Shown here: in pieces, positions 9,800 through 19,384 of the stretch
How the letters are laid out: each line of letters starts with the position of its first letter
Position numbering within the stretch: position 1 is the first letter of the stretch
DNA from: an uncultured Candidatus Binatia bacterium
Lineage (GTDB): Bacteria > Desulfobacterota > Binatia > UBA9968 > JAJDTQ01
Length of the DNA: 64,000 nt
Reading direction: 5' to 3'
Assembly (NCBI GenBank): GCA_965242525.1
Contig: OZ251459.1
Location: 4,064,001 to 4,128,000 of the forward strand
Position numbers and translations under genes: made by a program
The notes under the pieces: model-generated
Told to the model about the DNA's origin: nothing
The model's database searches: none
The model's input: the letters and a program-made list of their open reading frames with translations, nothing else

Positions 9800-10059
9800 C
9801 GCATCAATACGCCTGATCCGGCATAACCGGAACCAAAGGTTGGTCTCGGTCCCGGGATAGCGTGGCCGGTAGATGAAGCATGTTTCGTCACCTTGCTCAA
9901 AGGTTTCATGGACAGGAAGGCTAATACACGCCCCATCGACGGCCGCCCTTCATCCTGAATTCTCCTTCGATGGAGGCTGAACGTTGCTTCCACTTCTTCA
10001 CCTCGGCCATGCGGCCAATCGTCAGCCGCACGCGTCGCCAGCAACTTCAGGACTTTCAT
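9796..10059 (-). CDS. Small hypothetical ORF (87 aa) between the two pglX genes
   Basis: ATG at 10059 overlaps the pglX1 stop (ATGA) and its own stop overlaps the pglX2 ATG (ATGA); no motif recognised. Confidence 0.4.
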   Translation of the reverse strand: MKVLKLLATRAADDWPHGRGEEVEATFSLHRRRIQDEGRPSMGRVLAFLSMKPLSKVTKHASSTGHAIPGPRPTFGSGYAGSGVLMR

Positions 10060-13000
10060 GCTTTTTCCCTCGAAGCGCTGTCGTACTCGAAGGGCGCATG
10101 ACGGGAGATCTCCGCCATCGTCCGCCGATGCTGTTTTTCTGCGTTCCGAAAATGCCCGTCGTTGGTCCGGGCTCCGGTGAATACGTCGCCTTCCCAAAAC
10201 CAGGGGAAGCAGGTCTGGTTCCGTAAGGGCTCTCTGCCTCGATCCTTCTTCCAGTGAAGGTTGGGCCTGGAGCGAAGGATGCCCGTTCCTTTCCTGCCGC
10301 CAGGGATGTCGTCGGCCATGAAGGGGCGGATGTTGAGGCGCACGCCGTCGTCGATGTCCGGCGCCCAGCCGATGGGTTGCCGATCGATCGGTTTCCAGCG
10401 AATGAAGATGTCGAAGGGCGGTTCGCCCTCCAGGATGGCGACAAGGCGTTTCTGCAACTCCACCGCTGCCGACAAACGGTCTTCCGCGCCGTCCCCGTTT
10501 CGTTTCAAGGCGTCCTGCTGGCGGGAAATCCAGTCACCGAGATAGCTGTACGTCAGCGATTCCAGGAGCTGGCGGCCACGGCCACCGCCGGCGGCCAGTT
10601 TGTGGTAGTTGATGAAGGCGTGGAAGCCGTCGCCTCTCCGTCCGTCCCAGACGTGCCAGATGAAGGGACGATGGAGAAACAGCTTGCAATGCTCGTCGAA
10701 GAACCGATCCCGAAGCCAGTCGTCGAGGCTGGAACTGCCGGCATCGACGAGCAGGTTGGAAAGTACGCCGTCGTGCCAGTCCGCGCCCCAGCAGGCCGCC
10801 AGCAGCCTGAGCAGACGTTCTTCGGCCGGCCGTTCGCCCAAGACGGAAGGGAGGCAGACGATGCCGTCCTTGTCCTCGAAGTCGTGGAGTGTCCTCGTGT
10901 CCTCGACCCGGGCGCGGGCGGCCTCCGACAATTCCATGTCGGGGTCACCTTCCGCCGGCCACCGGTAGCCGAGAAGTCGCGCCATGGCCACCTGCAACGG
11001 CTCCGTCGCATCTCCCGGATGGCCGTGGAACGCCCATTGTGTCGGGTCCGTCGTATGGACGCTGAACAGATCGGCCGTCGTCCGCCCGCCTGCCTTCCGT
11101 TCCCACTTCCCGGCGGAGTAGGGGACCTTGGCGAGCGCGCCATTGGTCACGGAGAGCTTCTTGTTCAGCTTTCTCACGTCTTCGCCATATTTCGGGGAGC
11201 TGCAATACGTCCATATTGCCGGAACGTCCTTTTCGTCGCAGGGGATGAGGACAGCGACGTTGCAATCGAATTTGGAGCCGAAATACAACGACGCCGGGAG
11301 ATCGCCCATCCGATTGACGGCGATGCCGCGCTTTCCCCACGCCGCGTGTCCCGATTGCCATCCGCCGAGTCTTCCCTCCAGCCTGAGGGCTGCCGCATGA
11401 TTGGCGTATCTTCCCTGCTCGTCTCCCCAGAAGATGACGTGGCTGCAACCGCTCATCTCCGTCGTGGCGTCGGGAGCGAATTGGAAGAACTCCCAACCCC
11501 GTCCGATGGCCGGAAGCTCCCAGAAGTTGAACACGAACTGCGCGTTGTCGCTGGTCGCAAGCCCCTGGTGGCTGTACGCCCTGGTTTCCAGAAGCTCGCA
11601 TGATTCCGCTGGTGCGTATCCGATGATCGAATCCGGGTTGGCGATCTGGCCGGAACGAGTGAGCGGTACGGAAGGCGCGTTGCGCAGTGCGCTTTCCTTG
11701 TCCGACAGGCCCTTGCATTCGGAAACGTCAAGCCATGAAAGATCGTCGTTTCCCTTTCCCGGTGAACGCGCGATTGCCAGGAGGCAGGTTTTCACTACTT
11801 CACCGGAGATGGTCTCGAAGGCCCCGGCTCCCAACGTCGCCAGGAACCGCCACCGATGCCGTTCCAGAAGCTGTTTGCGAAGTTGCTTGTACCGGTTGAG
11901 GAACAGCCAGTTCCATGGCAGTACCAGGAATACGTCACCGGCCGGTTCACAGAATTCCATGAGGCGTTCAACGAAGACCGTGGCCAAATCGTGTTTCGAT
12001 ACGGGATAATGGTCTTCGCAGAAGCGTCGAAGGCTTTCCGTATGTTTTTCCCTCCCGAGATAGGGTACGTTGGTGACTACCAGATGATAGCGGGAAGTCA
12101 ACAAATCGGCAGCCTCGGCCAGCCCCCGTGCTGCGATGGCCGTCTCTTCGTACTCCTCATCGCCGCCATGTTCCCGCAGCGCCGTTCCCAGGAGTTGCTC
12201 CAGGTCGGCAAAATCGGCCCTCAGCAGATCACCGGAGAGGCCGCCCGGATCGATGAGACTGCCGAGAACGGAGGCTTCGCGGAACATGTCGTACAGCCTG
12301 CCCATCCCGCCTTCCCGGCGAGGGTCGCCTTCCGCCAGCGCCGTCCACTGCCCGCGTTTCCCGCTCACCGGCTGCCCGCACCATGCGAGCCGGATCCGCG
12401 GCAGGGGTCGATAGCCCCCGGCGCCAGGATAGCGCCACGCTTCCAGCGCGAGTGCGAAGGCGGCTATCGCCACGCAGCGCCGGTCCAACTCCAATCCGTT
12501 CAGGTTGTCTCGCAATACTGCATCCACGGCTTCGCCGGCGCCTGTGCCTTCCAGCGCCATGCGCATGGGCACGAGCATCAGGAATGCGGCGACGAGGAAG
12601 TGTCCCGAGCCGCAACATGGGTCCAGCATCCTGAACTTCGCGAGATCGTCAGGCCAGCTTTCAAAACCGCCAGTCTCGGGCGAACCCTGCTCCGTCTCGC
12701 GCAGATACGTCAACTCGACCGGACGCCGCTTGTCCGGATGTCGGTTAACCCACCACGCTCCCAGCGAGTTATGCAGCAGGAACTGCACCATGTAGGGCTC
12801 GGTGAAGAGCTGGGTGACCGCGGGCAGCTCTCCGGCCCCGATCTTGGCTTCGGAACGGTTCACCTCCGCCTTCTTCCGGGACTGCCAGAACTGATAGACC
12901 CAACCGAGGGAATCCGTCGCCGTGAACGTTTCGGCCGGCAGACCTTCCACCAGCCCTTCGAGCTTCAGCCGGTGCTCCCGCGCGAACCGGACCTCGAACA

Positions 13001-13454
13001 CCGGAAGGTCGGGCCGGAACACCTGGGGCAGCATCCGGTGGGCGAAGCGCGCGGCCAGCGCCCACTTGTCCGCTCCCTCGTCCTTCGCCAGTTCCTCGCA
13101 TTCCTCCAGGGTGACGGCGACCCCCGTCTCCGGTTCGATGAGCAGCCGGTTCTCGGCGAGGAACCGGGCGAACAACATGCCGTGCCAATGCTCGTAGGCG
13201 CACTCCTGCACCAGGCCTTCGATGGCCCGGCGTTGGCCGCCGGAGCGTGCGTCGAGCGGGTCGCCAAGCTGCCGGGCGTGGGCGCGCAGCCGCCGGCGCA
13301 GCGCCCGCTGCCCCTCGTCCATGTGCCCGTAGGGTTCGCGCTCGTGCACCGCCAGCGCTTCCAGCGCTGCACGGGCGCCGGCCTCCGCACCGTCGCGTGC
13401 GTCCGCGACGGTGCGCTCAAGCTGCTTTCGGAGATTCGGTGGCAATGTGTTCAT
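10056..13454 (-). CDS. pglX: BREX adenine methyltransferase PglX, copy 1 (1132 aa)
   Basis: Same architecture as 6227..9799: TQLFTEPYMV, LDPCCGSGHF, TNVPYL, FFDEHCKLFLHRPFIWHVWDG. Confidence 0.88.
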   Translation of the reverse strand: MNTLPPNLRKQLERTVADARDGAEAGARAALEALAVHEREPYGHMDEGQRALRRRLRAHARQLGDPLDARSGGQRRAIEGLVQECAYEHWHGMLFARFLAENRLLIEPETGVAVTLEECEELAKDEGADKWALAARFAHRMLPQVFRPDLPVFEVRFAREHRLKLEGLVEGLPAETFTATDSLGWVYQFWQSRKKAEVNRSEAKIGAGELPAVTQLFTEPYMVQFLLHNSLGAWWVNRHPDKRRPVELTYLRETEQGSPETGGFESWPDDLAKFRMLDPCCGSGHFLVAAFLMLVPMRMALEGTGAGEAVDAVLRDNLNGLELDRRCVAIAAFALALEAWRYPGAGGYRPLPRIRLAWCGQPVSGKRGQWTALAEGDPRREGGMGRLYDMFREASVLGSLIDPGGLSGDLLRADFADLEQLLGTALREHGGDEEYEETAIAARGLAEAADLLTSRYHLVVTNVPYLGREKHTESLRRFCEDHYPVSKHDLATVFVERLMEFCEPAGDVFLVLPWNWLFLNRYKQLRKQLLERHRWRFLATLGAGAFETISGEVVKTCLLAIARSPGKGNDDLSWLDVSECKGLSDKESALRNAPSVPLTRSGQIANPDSIIGYAPAESCELLETRAYSHQGLATSDNAQFVFNFWELPAIGRGWEFFQFAPDATTEMSGCSHVIFWGDEQGRYANHAAALRLEGRLGGWQSGHAAWGKRGIAVNRMGDLPASLYFGSKFDCNVAVLIPCDEKDVPAIWTYCSSPKYGEDVRKLNKKLSVTNGALAKVPYSAGKWERKAGGRTTADLFSVHTTDPTQWAFHGHPGDATEPLQVAMARLLGYRWPAEGDPDMELSEAARARVEDTRTLHDFEDKDGIVCLPSVLGERPAEERLLRLLAACWGADWHDGVLSNLLVDAGSSSLDDWLRDRFFDEHCKLFLHRPFIWHVWDGRRGDGFHAFINYHKLAAGGGRGRQLLESLTYSYLGDWISRQQDALKRNGDGAEDRLSAAVELQKRLVAILEGEPPFDIFIRWKPIDRQPIGWAPDIDDGVRLNIRPFMADDIPGGRKGTGILRSRPNLHWKKDRGREPLRNQTCFPWFWEGDVFTGARTNDGHFRNAEKQHRRTMAEISRHAPFEYDSASREKA
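12786..13415. repeat. ~630-bp direct repeat, copy in the pglX1 5' region
   Basis: Aligns without gaps to 9125..9754. Confidence 0.92.
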
Positions 13455-13463
13455 CGAACCGGC

Positions 13464-13843
13464 TTACTCGAACAACGACCGGGGCAAGCCCGACTGCCGG
13501 ATAACGGACATGGCTCTTCGGGATTCCGTGTGGGTTGTGACACTCCCCACCCAGGCGATGAGGTCGCTTCCCTCCCCTTCCGACCACGCCGTCCTGGTTT
13601 GGCGTTGCAGACGCCCCACCCCGTCATTCCCGCGAAAGCGGGAATCCATCCATTCTTATGAAAACCCCCGTGTTCCCATCCTTCCGACCCAACCCCAGGG
13701 TGCCCTGCATGATGGATTCCCGCTTTCGCGGGAATGACAGGGGATGGGAGTGCGGGAGTGACCGCGTGATCCTTTTCTCTCCCCTTTCCCTCCTACCTTG
13801 CCCACACGAAAGCCGGAAGAGCCAGAATCCGCAGCTTAGCCAA
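13464..13843 (-). pseudogene. hicA: hicA toxin pseudogene whose centre is replaced by a MITE
   Basis: TTG start overlapping the hicB stop encodes MAKLRIL (13843-13823); beyond the MITE, SVIRQSGLPRSLFE* (13508-13464) is a typical HicA C-terminus; the GSH-containing core is missing. Confidence 0.7.
13512..13823. mobile_element. MITE, copy 1 (~312 bp)
   Basis: Terminal inverted repeats GGCTCTTCGGGATTCCGTGTGG / CCACACGAAAGCCGGAAGAGCC; internal GTCATTCCCGCGAAAGCGGGAATCC palindromes; interior similar to the reverse complement of 58593..58990. Confidence 0.8.
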
Positions 13844-14057
13844 CTGCAACCTCGACTTGGGTTACGTACACCTCGTTGTGTAGCCGCCGTTCGATCTCCG
13901 TAGCGGAGGCTTCCTCGAAGAACAGCTCCAACGCCTCCTTCAGGTTGCTGCGCGCTTCGTCCACGGTCCCGCCCTGGCTGGCTATATCCAGCTCGGGGCA
14001 GAGTGACACGTAACCGTCGCCTTCGCGCTCTATGATTGCCGTCAACTGTCTGGTCAT
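13836..14057 (-). CDS. hicB: HicB-family antitoxin (short form)
   Basis: LTAIIEREGDGYVSLCPELDIASQGGTVDEARSNLKEALELF; AGGAGG RBS upstream. Confidence 0.88.
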   Translation of the reverse strand: MTRQLTAIIEREGDGYVSLCPELDIASQGGTVDEARSNLKEALELFFEEASATEIERRLHNEVYVTQVEVAVG

Positions 14058-14103
14058 CGTGCCCTCCTGTTTCGGAATCCGTGCTCCGGCCTTCGACTGC
14101 CGT

Positions 14104-15297
14104 TCACGGGTTTGCTCCCAACTCGCCCATTAGCCACAAGTCGCCGAGCCGGTAATCTTCCAGCCACGAGGCGAGCTTCTCCGGGTCAAGTCTTCGCAGG
14201 ACGGTTCCGGCCCCTGGCCTTTCACAGGCGATGATGGCGTCCGGCTGGTTGGTCAATGCCGAAACCAGGGCATCGGAATGCGTCGTGACCACGAGTTGCG
14301 TTCTTTCGGATGCATCGACGAGCAGGTCGGCGAGCAACGAAATCGCGTCGGGGTGCAACCCGAGCTCGGGCTCCTCGATACACACGAGGGGCGGCGGCGA
14401 TGGAGACAGCAGCGTTGCCAGGATCGCGATGAATCGAATCGTGCCGTCGGACAGCCGGGTTGCCGGTATGGGCGCCCGGAAGCCGGATTCGTGAAGGTAG
14501 AACTGTACCGTGCCGCCGGAGACCTTGGTGGACAGTCGTTCGAAGCGGGGAAAGAACTGCTTCAACATCTGGTTCAGGCGGGTCTCCCCGGCGTGTTCGA
14601 TCTGGTTCAGCACCAGCGCCAGATTACGGCTGTCCGGGAGCAGCCGGTCTTCAGGGAGGTCCGCGGGTTGCGGCTGCCGGAGCGGGACGTAGCGGCCGAA
14701 GGTCCATTCCCGGAAGGTCTGGATACTGCCGAACATCCTGCCCGTCCAGGTGACTTCCGGATACTGATCGGGGTCCTTCCGTTGCGCCAGAACGGACTGA
14801 TCGGGCAACAGGTCCTGGCGCCGAAGCTGCCGCCGGTCCATCGGTCCGCCCTTATGATCCCGAACGCTGATTGCCGGATGGCCCTGCTGGAAGCGGTAAT
14901 AGAAAAGCACGTCCGAAGCGTCCGGTCTGTAGGGGTCCCGTTCGGCCTCTTCGATTGCTTCGTCCAGGATCTCCACACGACTCTGAACCGTAGAGAACCT
15001 CAGCCGATACCGCAATGGCCGGCCGGTCGGCGTGCCGCTTTCGAGCACGGCCTCGATCTCCGCATGTCCCTTTGCATCGCCTCCCTTCCACAGCCACTCG
15101 GCCGGCCCTCCTCCGTCTCGCACCGACGCCGCGAAGTCGTGCGGAGTCGCCGATAGCAGCTCGAACGCCTCGATCAGGTTCGATTTGCCGGATCCGTTCG
15201 GCCCGATCAGTACGTTCAGGTCCCGCAACTCGAAGGCCTCCGAACCCGGGGGGAACGACAGCAACCCGTCGAGACGGATATCCTTGATGGCGATCAT
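14104..15297 (-). CDS. AAA_21/AbiEii-like ABC ATPase
   Basis: MIAIKDIRLDGLLSF start; Walker A IGPNGSGKSN; LSDGT signature; CIEEPELGLHP; VVTTHS; C-terminal LGDLWLMGELG. Confidence 0.88.
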   Translation of the reverse strand: MIAIKDIRLDGLLSFPPGSEAFELRDLNVLIGPNGSGKSNLIEAFELLSATPHDFAASVRDGGGPAEWLWKGGDAKGHAEIEAVLESGTPTGRPLRYRLRFSTVQSRVEILDEAIEEAERDPYRPDASDVLFYYRFQQGHPAISVRDHKGGPMDRRQLRRQDLLPDQSVLAQRKDPDQYPEVTWTGRMFGSIQTFREWTFGRYVPLRQPQPADLPEDRLLPDSRNLALVLNQIEHAGETRLNQMLKQFFPRFERLSTKVSGGTVQFYLHESGFRAPIPATRLSDGTIRFIAILATLLSPSPPPLVCIEEPELGLHPDAISLLADLLVDASERTQLVVTTHSDALVSALTNQPDAIIACERPGAGTVLRRLDPEKLASWLEDYRLGDLWLMGELGANP

Positions 15298-15380
15298 CTG
15301 GCACCTCGTTGCGCCCTGCGCTTCTCCCTGCAACCCGGCGGGGCCGGCCGGATGCGCCGCATGAACCCTTGCCCGCCTCC

Positions 15381-18300
15381 TCAGCTTACCACGACCGGAC
15401 CCTTCTTGATCCCGTCCAGCAGTTCCCGTTCGGTCGCTTCTACCCACGACTTCACGTCCTCCGGCGTCCGCAGCGGAGGGCTTGCGAGTTTCAGGTGGCG
15501 CACCGCAGGCTCGATGAGCCGGTCGGCTTCGGCCCGGGCGTCCGCGAAGAGCTGCGGGAGGGCGGCGCTGCGCGTCCGCCAGCCATCCAGGGAGATACGC
15601 TCCAGGGACTCCAGCACTTCCCGTTCCGTGCCGGTGGCGCCCTTCGCCGCCTTTGCCATGCGCAGCCGGCCGAGTATCCCGTCGCGGGCCTCCGGTTGGA
15701 TCTTCCGCCAGCTCTCCGCGCTCGACAGGCGCTGCAACTCTTCGTCGTAGATTTCGGCGTGGCGCTTCTCCGCGTCCGCCAAGGCGGTACGGAGCGCGTC
15801 CGCCAGCTTCCCGGCGAGGTCGGGCACGGGGTCCGTCGGCGCCAGCAGGCTCCGGTTCGCGGCGACCGCCTCGATTTGCGGCCGCGCCTCCTGCGCTGCG
15901 TCCAACCCCTCGCCATGCTTGGCGAGAGCCAGCAAGCGCCGGTAGGCAGGCAGGCGCTCTTCCGCCAGGGCGCGCGCCTTGCTCCATTTCTCGAAGTTCG
16001 CAGCCAACTCGTCGTGCCGTTCGAGGATGGCCGCAAGCTGCTCGTTCCCCGCAAGCGACCCTAGGTCCGACAGGCTGCGGGTGTCGGGGCGTTCCGGCAA
16101 CGGCGCCTCGCCCCCGGTGTCCCGGGCCAACTCCCCGAGCTTCTCCAGCAACCGTCCGGCCGCCGCAGCCTCCTCGTTGGGCTTGCAATCGACCCCCGCG
16201 GTCTGGAAGAGCTTGCGCAGCTTCAGGCGCTGCCGGGTGTCGATGGTGGCGCTCTCCACCCGGAAGTCGGCGTTGGGGACCTTCGCCTGGTCGAGTTGGG
16301 GCGGGCGCAACGCCGCGCCGTTCACGACCGCGCGCAGATGCCCGGCGCCGAACAGGCTGATGAGGGCCGCGTCGATGGCGTCCCTCGGCCAGCCGTGGGG
16401 CGGGGCGGAGAAGTAGGCGCGCACCTCCTTCCCCTTCCTGCCGGAGCCCACGAAGGACAGCACCGCGGCGCACACGGGGTGGTCCTCGGTCCTGCCCGGG
16501 TGGTCCAGGACCTCCAGCGGGTGTTCGGCGCCCCCGCGGGCGCGTTCGATGGCCTTGGGCCAGCGATGGTCGTCGGCGTCGTCGAACTCGTGGAAGAGCC
16601 GGGCCAGGGAGGCGTATGCGGCTTCCTTCACCTTGTCGGGCAGGGTCGCTTCGAACCGTTCGTTGCCGCCGCCCGAGAGGACCCTCGCGCCGCCGATGAC
16701 GTCGGCCACCAGGGCGCGCAAGCCGTTCTCCGCCTCGGTGCGGCGGGTCTCCATTCCCTGGCGGGCCTCAGCGCCTTCCCGGGTCGAAGGGATGCCCTTG
16801 TAATCCAGCGTGTCGTTGGCGGCATGCCGGGTAGCGATGAGGCGCGCCAACTCATCCGCCCGGGACTTGGGCACGAACACGTGGACCGTCGGGCTGTCTG
16901 CCCCGGCCGCCCGGGCGTCGGCGACCACGCCCTTTTCCTCGGCGCCCCAGCCGTCGCGTATCCACACCGCCACTTCGGGGCCGTCGTCCGGCGGCGGCTC
17001 GGCGCCGAAGTGCAGGGAGAGCTTGCGCGGTTCCTTGCACGTTCCGTGCAGGAGCCGCATGGACCCCAACGCATCGCGCACCGCGGCGCCGAGCCGCTGG
17101 GCGCGCTTGCCGCTCATGTCCGTGAGGTCGTTGGCGAGCCGGCTCTGCCGGTTGCGGAACTCGGCCTCCCACTCGCTGCTCTCCCGCGTTTGCAGGCTGT
17201 ACTCGTCGTCCAGCTTCATCAGCGTGCCGGCCGCGGCCAACTCGTCCAGGAGCGCCGGGAGCCGCCCGCGCAACGCCGCGCCGCCCCCGGCCAGGTCCTG
17301 CACCAGCAGATCCGCCAGGGTGTCCGCGGTGGCGCGCACGCCGCTGTCCACGCCGGCCTCGCGGGGGAGCTTGCGGATCAGGAACACCAGCGCGCACAGC
17401 CGGGACTTGAGCCTCCCGTCCGCGCCGCCGTCGTCCTGGCTGACGATGGTTTCGTGGAGCTCCCGGAGCAGCACGCCGGATTGCAGCAGGTTGGCCGCGA
17501 CCTGCTCGAACAGGAAGTCGGCCGGCACCACCGTGCCCACCGGGTCGTCGGCGCTGTGGCGGATGGCGTCGTACACGATGCGGAGCTGGGTGCGGAGCTG
17601 GCCCGCGGTGCCCGCGCGATCGACCGCGCGCAGCGCCTGCTCCCAGAAGCGCCGGCGCACGGGCAGGAGCGGGTAATCCTCCACCAGGACCTGCTTGTCT
17701 TCGCCGCGGGGGGCGATCCGGGAGCCGCCCAGGTGGCGGTCGATCTCCCCTGCGCTGGCGTCCAGCGCGGCCTGGACGTGGCCCGTACGGTCCGGGCGTT
17801 TCGCGAGGACCACCCGCCGGATCACCGTCTCCACGTCGTGGTCCGACAATTCCACGTTGACCGTGAACCGTCCTTGCAGGCGTTGCAGCGCCGGGGTGCC
17901 GGAGAGCGCGGTCTGTCCGGTGCCCAGGAAGAGCAGGCGGTCGCCGAAGCGCTTGCTGCACGCCTCGACCACCTCCTGCACCACGTAGGAGCGGCCGGTG
18001 TCCTCCCCGATGTACTGCTGCACCTCGTCGAGGATGACGACCGTGCAGGGCATGTGGCCGTCGGGGGCGAGCACGTCCTTCAGGGCGTCGGTGAACTCGT
18101 CCGTCGTGATGTCCGCGGGCCTGGGAAACTGGACGCGCAGGGCCGCCCGGGCGTCCTTCTCGTTGCTTGCGAAGCCCGGGTCCGCGTCCAGCAGCGCCCG
18201 GGCGATGAGCGGGCTCACGTACAGGTCGTTCAGCTCCCGCCGGAACTCCCTCCCGGCCGCCTCGACCGCTTCCCGCACCCGGTCGTGGACGCCGTTCTTC

Positions 18301-18824
18301 CCGAGCCAGAGGCGGAAGCGCGCCTGGGGGAAGCTCTCGGGAAGCCCCGCGGACTTGAACACGATTCCGAGCAGGGCGAGCCGGACGCTGTTCCCCGCGC
18401 CGGCACCGAGGGTTCCCGCCGCGGCATGCAGCCCGTGCCCTCGCCGACCGAGGGTCGAGACCTCGGTCAACAGTTCCAGCACGTCGTCCGGCAGCCGCGC
18501 CAGCCCGCGGGCGCGGGCGCCGTCTTCGGGGAACTCGTAGTCCGTCCACAGGAAGCGCAGCATCTTCGCCAAGTGCGACTTGCCGCTGCCGAAGAAGCCG
18601 CTGACCCACGCGGCCGGCTGCTCGGGCTGGCCCTGGTGGTGGACGTAGGACTCCAGGATGCGGACGAGTCCGCTCCGGTACTGGCCCTCGCAGACGAAGT
18701 GCGTGAGCTCGAAGCGCAGCGTGCGGCGCTCGTCGCCGGTCAGGGCGTCCGTCACGGTCGCCACGCCGTTGTTCAGGAGTGCGATCTCGAAGGGGTCCCG
18801 CTGGTAGACGTCCCGGTTCTTCAT
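15381..18824 (-). CDS. brxC: BREX P-loop ATPase BrxC
   Basis: MKNRDVYQRDP...LRFELTHFVCEGQY; Walker A WVSGFFGSGKSHL; Walker B VILDEVQQYIG; ATGA overlap with brxB. Confidence 0.92.
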   Translation of the reverse strand: MKNRDVYQRDPFEIALLNNGVATVTDALTGDERRTLRFELTHFVCEGQYRSGLVRILESYVHHQGQPEQPAAWVSGFFGSGKSHLAKMLRFLWTDYEFPEDGARARGLARLPDDVLELLTEVSTLGRRGHGLHAAAGTLGAGAGNSVRLALLGIVFKSAGLPESFPQARFRLWLGKNGVHDRVREAVEAAGREFRRELNDLYVSPLIARALLDADPGFASNEKDARAALRVQFPRPADITTDEFTDALKDVLAPDGHMPCTVVILDEVQQYIGEDTGRSYVVQEVVEACSKRFGDRLLFLGTGQTALSGTPALQRLQGRFTVNVELSDHDVETVIRRVVLAKRPDRTGHVQAALDASAGEIDRHLGGSRIAPRGEDKQVLVEDYPLLPVRRRFWEQALRAVDRAGTAGQLRTQLRIVYDAIRHSADDPVGTVVPADFLFEQVAANLLQSGVLLRELHETIVSQDDGGADGRLKSRLCALVFLIRKLPREAGVDSGVRATADTLADLLVQDLAGGGAALRGRLPALLDELAAAGTLMKLDDEYSLQTRESSEWEAEFRNRQSRLANDLTDMSGKRAQRLGAAVRDALGSMRLLHGTCKEPRKLSLHFGAEPPPDDGPEVAVWIRDGWGAEEKGVVADARAAGADSPTVHVFVPKSRADELARLIATRHAANDTLDYKGIPSTREGAEARQGMETRRTEAENGLRALVADVIGGARVLSGGGNERFEATLPDKVKEAAYASLARLFHEFDDADDHRWPKAIERARGGAEHPLEVLDHPGRTEDHPVCAAVLSFVGSGRKGKEVRAYFSAPPHGWPRDAIDAALISLFGAGHLRAVVNGAALRPPQLDQAKVPNADFRVESATIDTRQRLKLRKLFQTAGVDCKPNEEAAAAGRLLEKLGELARDTGGEAPLPERPDTRSLSDLGSLAGNEQLAAILERHDELAANFEKWSKARALAEERLPAYRRLLALAKHGEGLDAAQEARPQIEAVAANRSLLAPTDPVPDLAGKLADALRTALADAEKRHAEIYDEELQRLSSAESWRKIQPEARDGILGRLRMAKAAKGATGTEREVLESLERISLDGWRTRSAALPQLFADARAEADRLIEPAVRHLKLASPPLRTPEDVKSWVEATERELLDGIKKGPVVVS

Positions 18825-19384
18825 GCCTCGTACACTCCTCGGGGGTCCCGCAAGGTGATGGGGGTGGCCAGGTAGTTCCACCCGTCCCGCGCGTCCAGCA
18901 GCCGATAGTTGCCGTCCTCGTATTCGCCGGGAAAGAAGACCGCGATGCGGCCCTTGACGTCAGGCTCTATGGCCTGCATCAGTTCCGATACGCGGAGGAA
19001 CCCGTACAGCGAGGCGATGCCGGAGACGGCGACCACCGAGTTGTCGTCCGCCTCCGCCAGCGCTTGCCGTACCCTGTCGGCGACGTGGTTCAGAAGGTCG
19101 TCCTCCAGTTTCAGGTCCAGGTCCTGCGGAGACTCGAAGTAGCTGTCCCGATACTCGACGTCCGCCATCCACCTCGCGAACGTCCCGGTCAGGTCGCAGT
19201 CGATCCAGCCGTGTCCGAGTTCCCGGGTCGCCATTTCGAAGAGGGCCTTGCGCGCTCGCAGCCGCCGCTCGTCGCCCTTGTCATAGACGATGAAGATGGT
19301 GCGCTCCGCGCCGGCGAGGTCCTTCCGCCACGGCAGCGCGATGTGGCGCCGGTAGCGCTCAGCCAGACTGTCGATGCGCCCCAC
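18821..19384 (-). CDS. brxB: BREX protein BrxB (DUF1788-like)
   Basis: 187 aa; C-terminal GRIAVFFPGEYEDGNYRLLDARDGWNYLATPI; directly upstream of brxC. Confidence 0.88.
   Translation of the reverse strand: MGRIDSLAERYRRHIALPWRKDLAGAERTIFIVYDKGDERRLRARKALFEMATRELGHGWIDCDLTGTFARWMADVEYRDSYFESPQDLDLKLEDDLLNHVADRVRQALAEADDNSVVAVSGIASLYGFLRVSELMQAIEPDVKGRIAVFFPGEYEDGNYRLLDARDGWNYLATPITLRDPRGVYEA

Noticed and set aside
15298-16473. 789-aa ORF suggesting an N-terminally extended ATPase
   Set aside because: The extension is an Arg/Gly/Ala-rich alternative frame overlapping brxC; the real protein starts at MIAIKDIRL (15297).
16296-18875. 859-aa plus-strand ORF and similar long antisense ORFs throughout the window
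   Set aside because: Shadow frames of GC-rich genes on the opposite strand with no motifs of their own.
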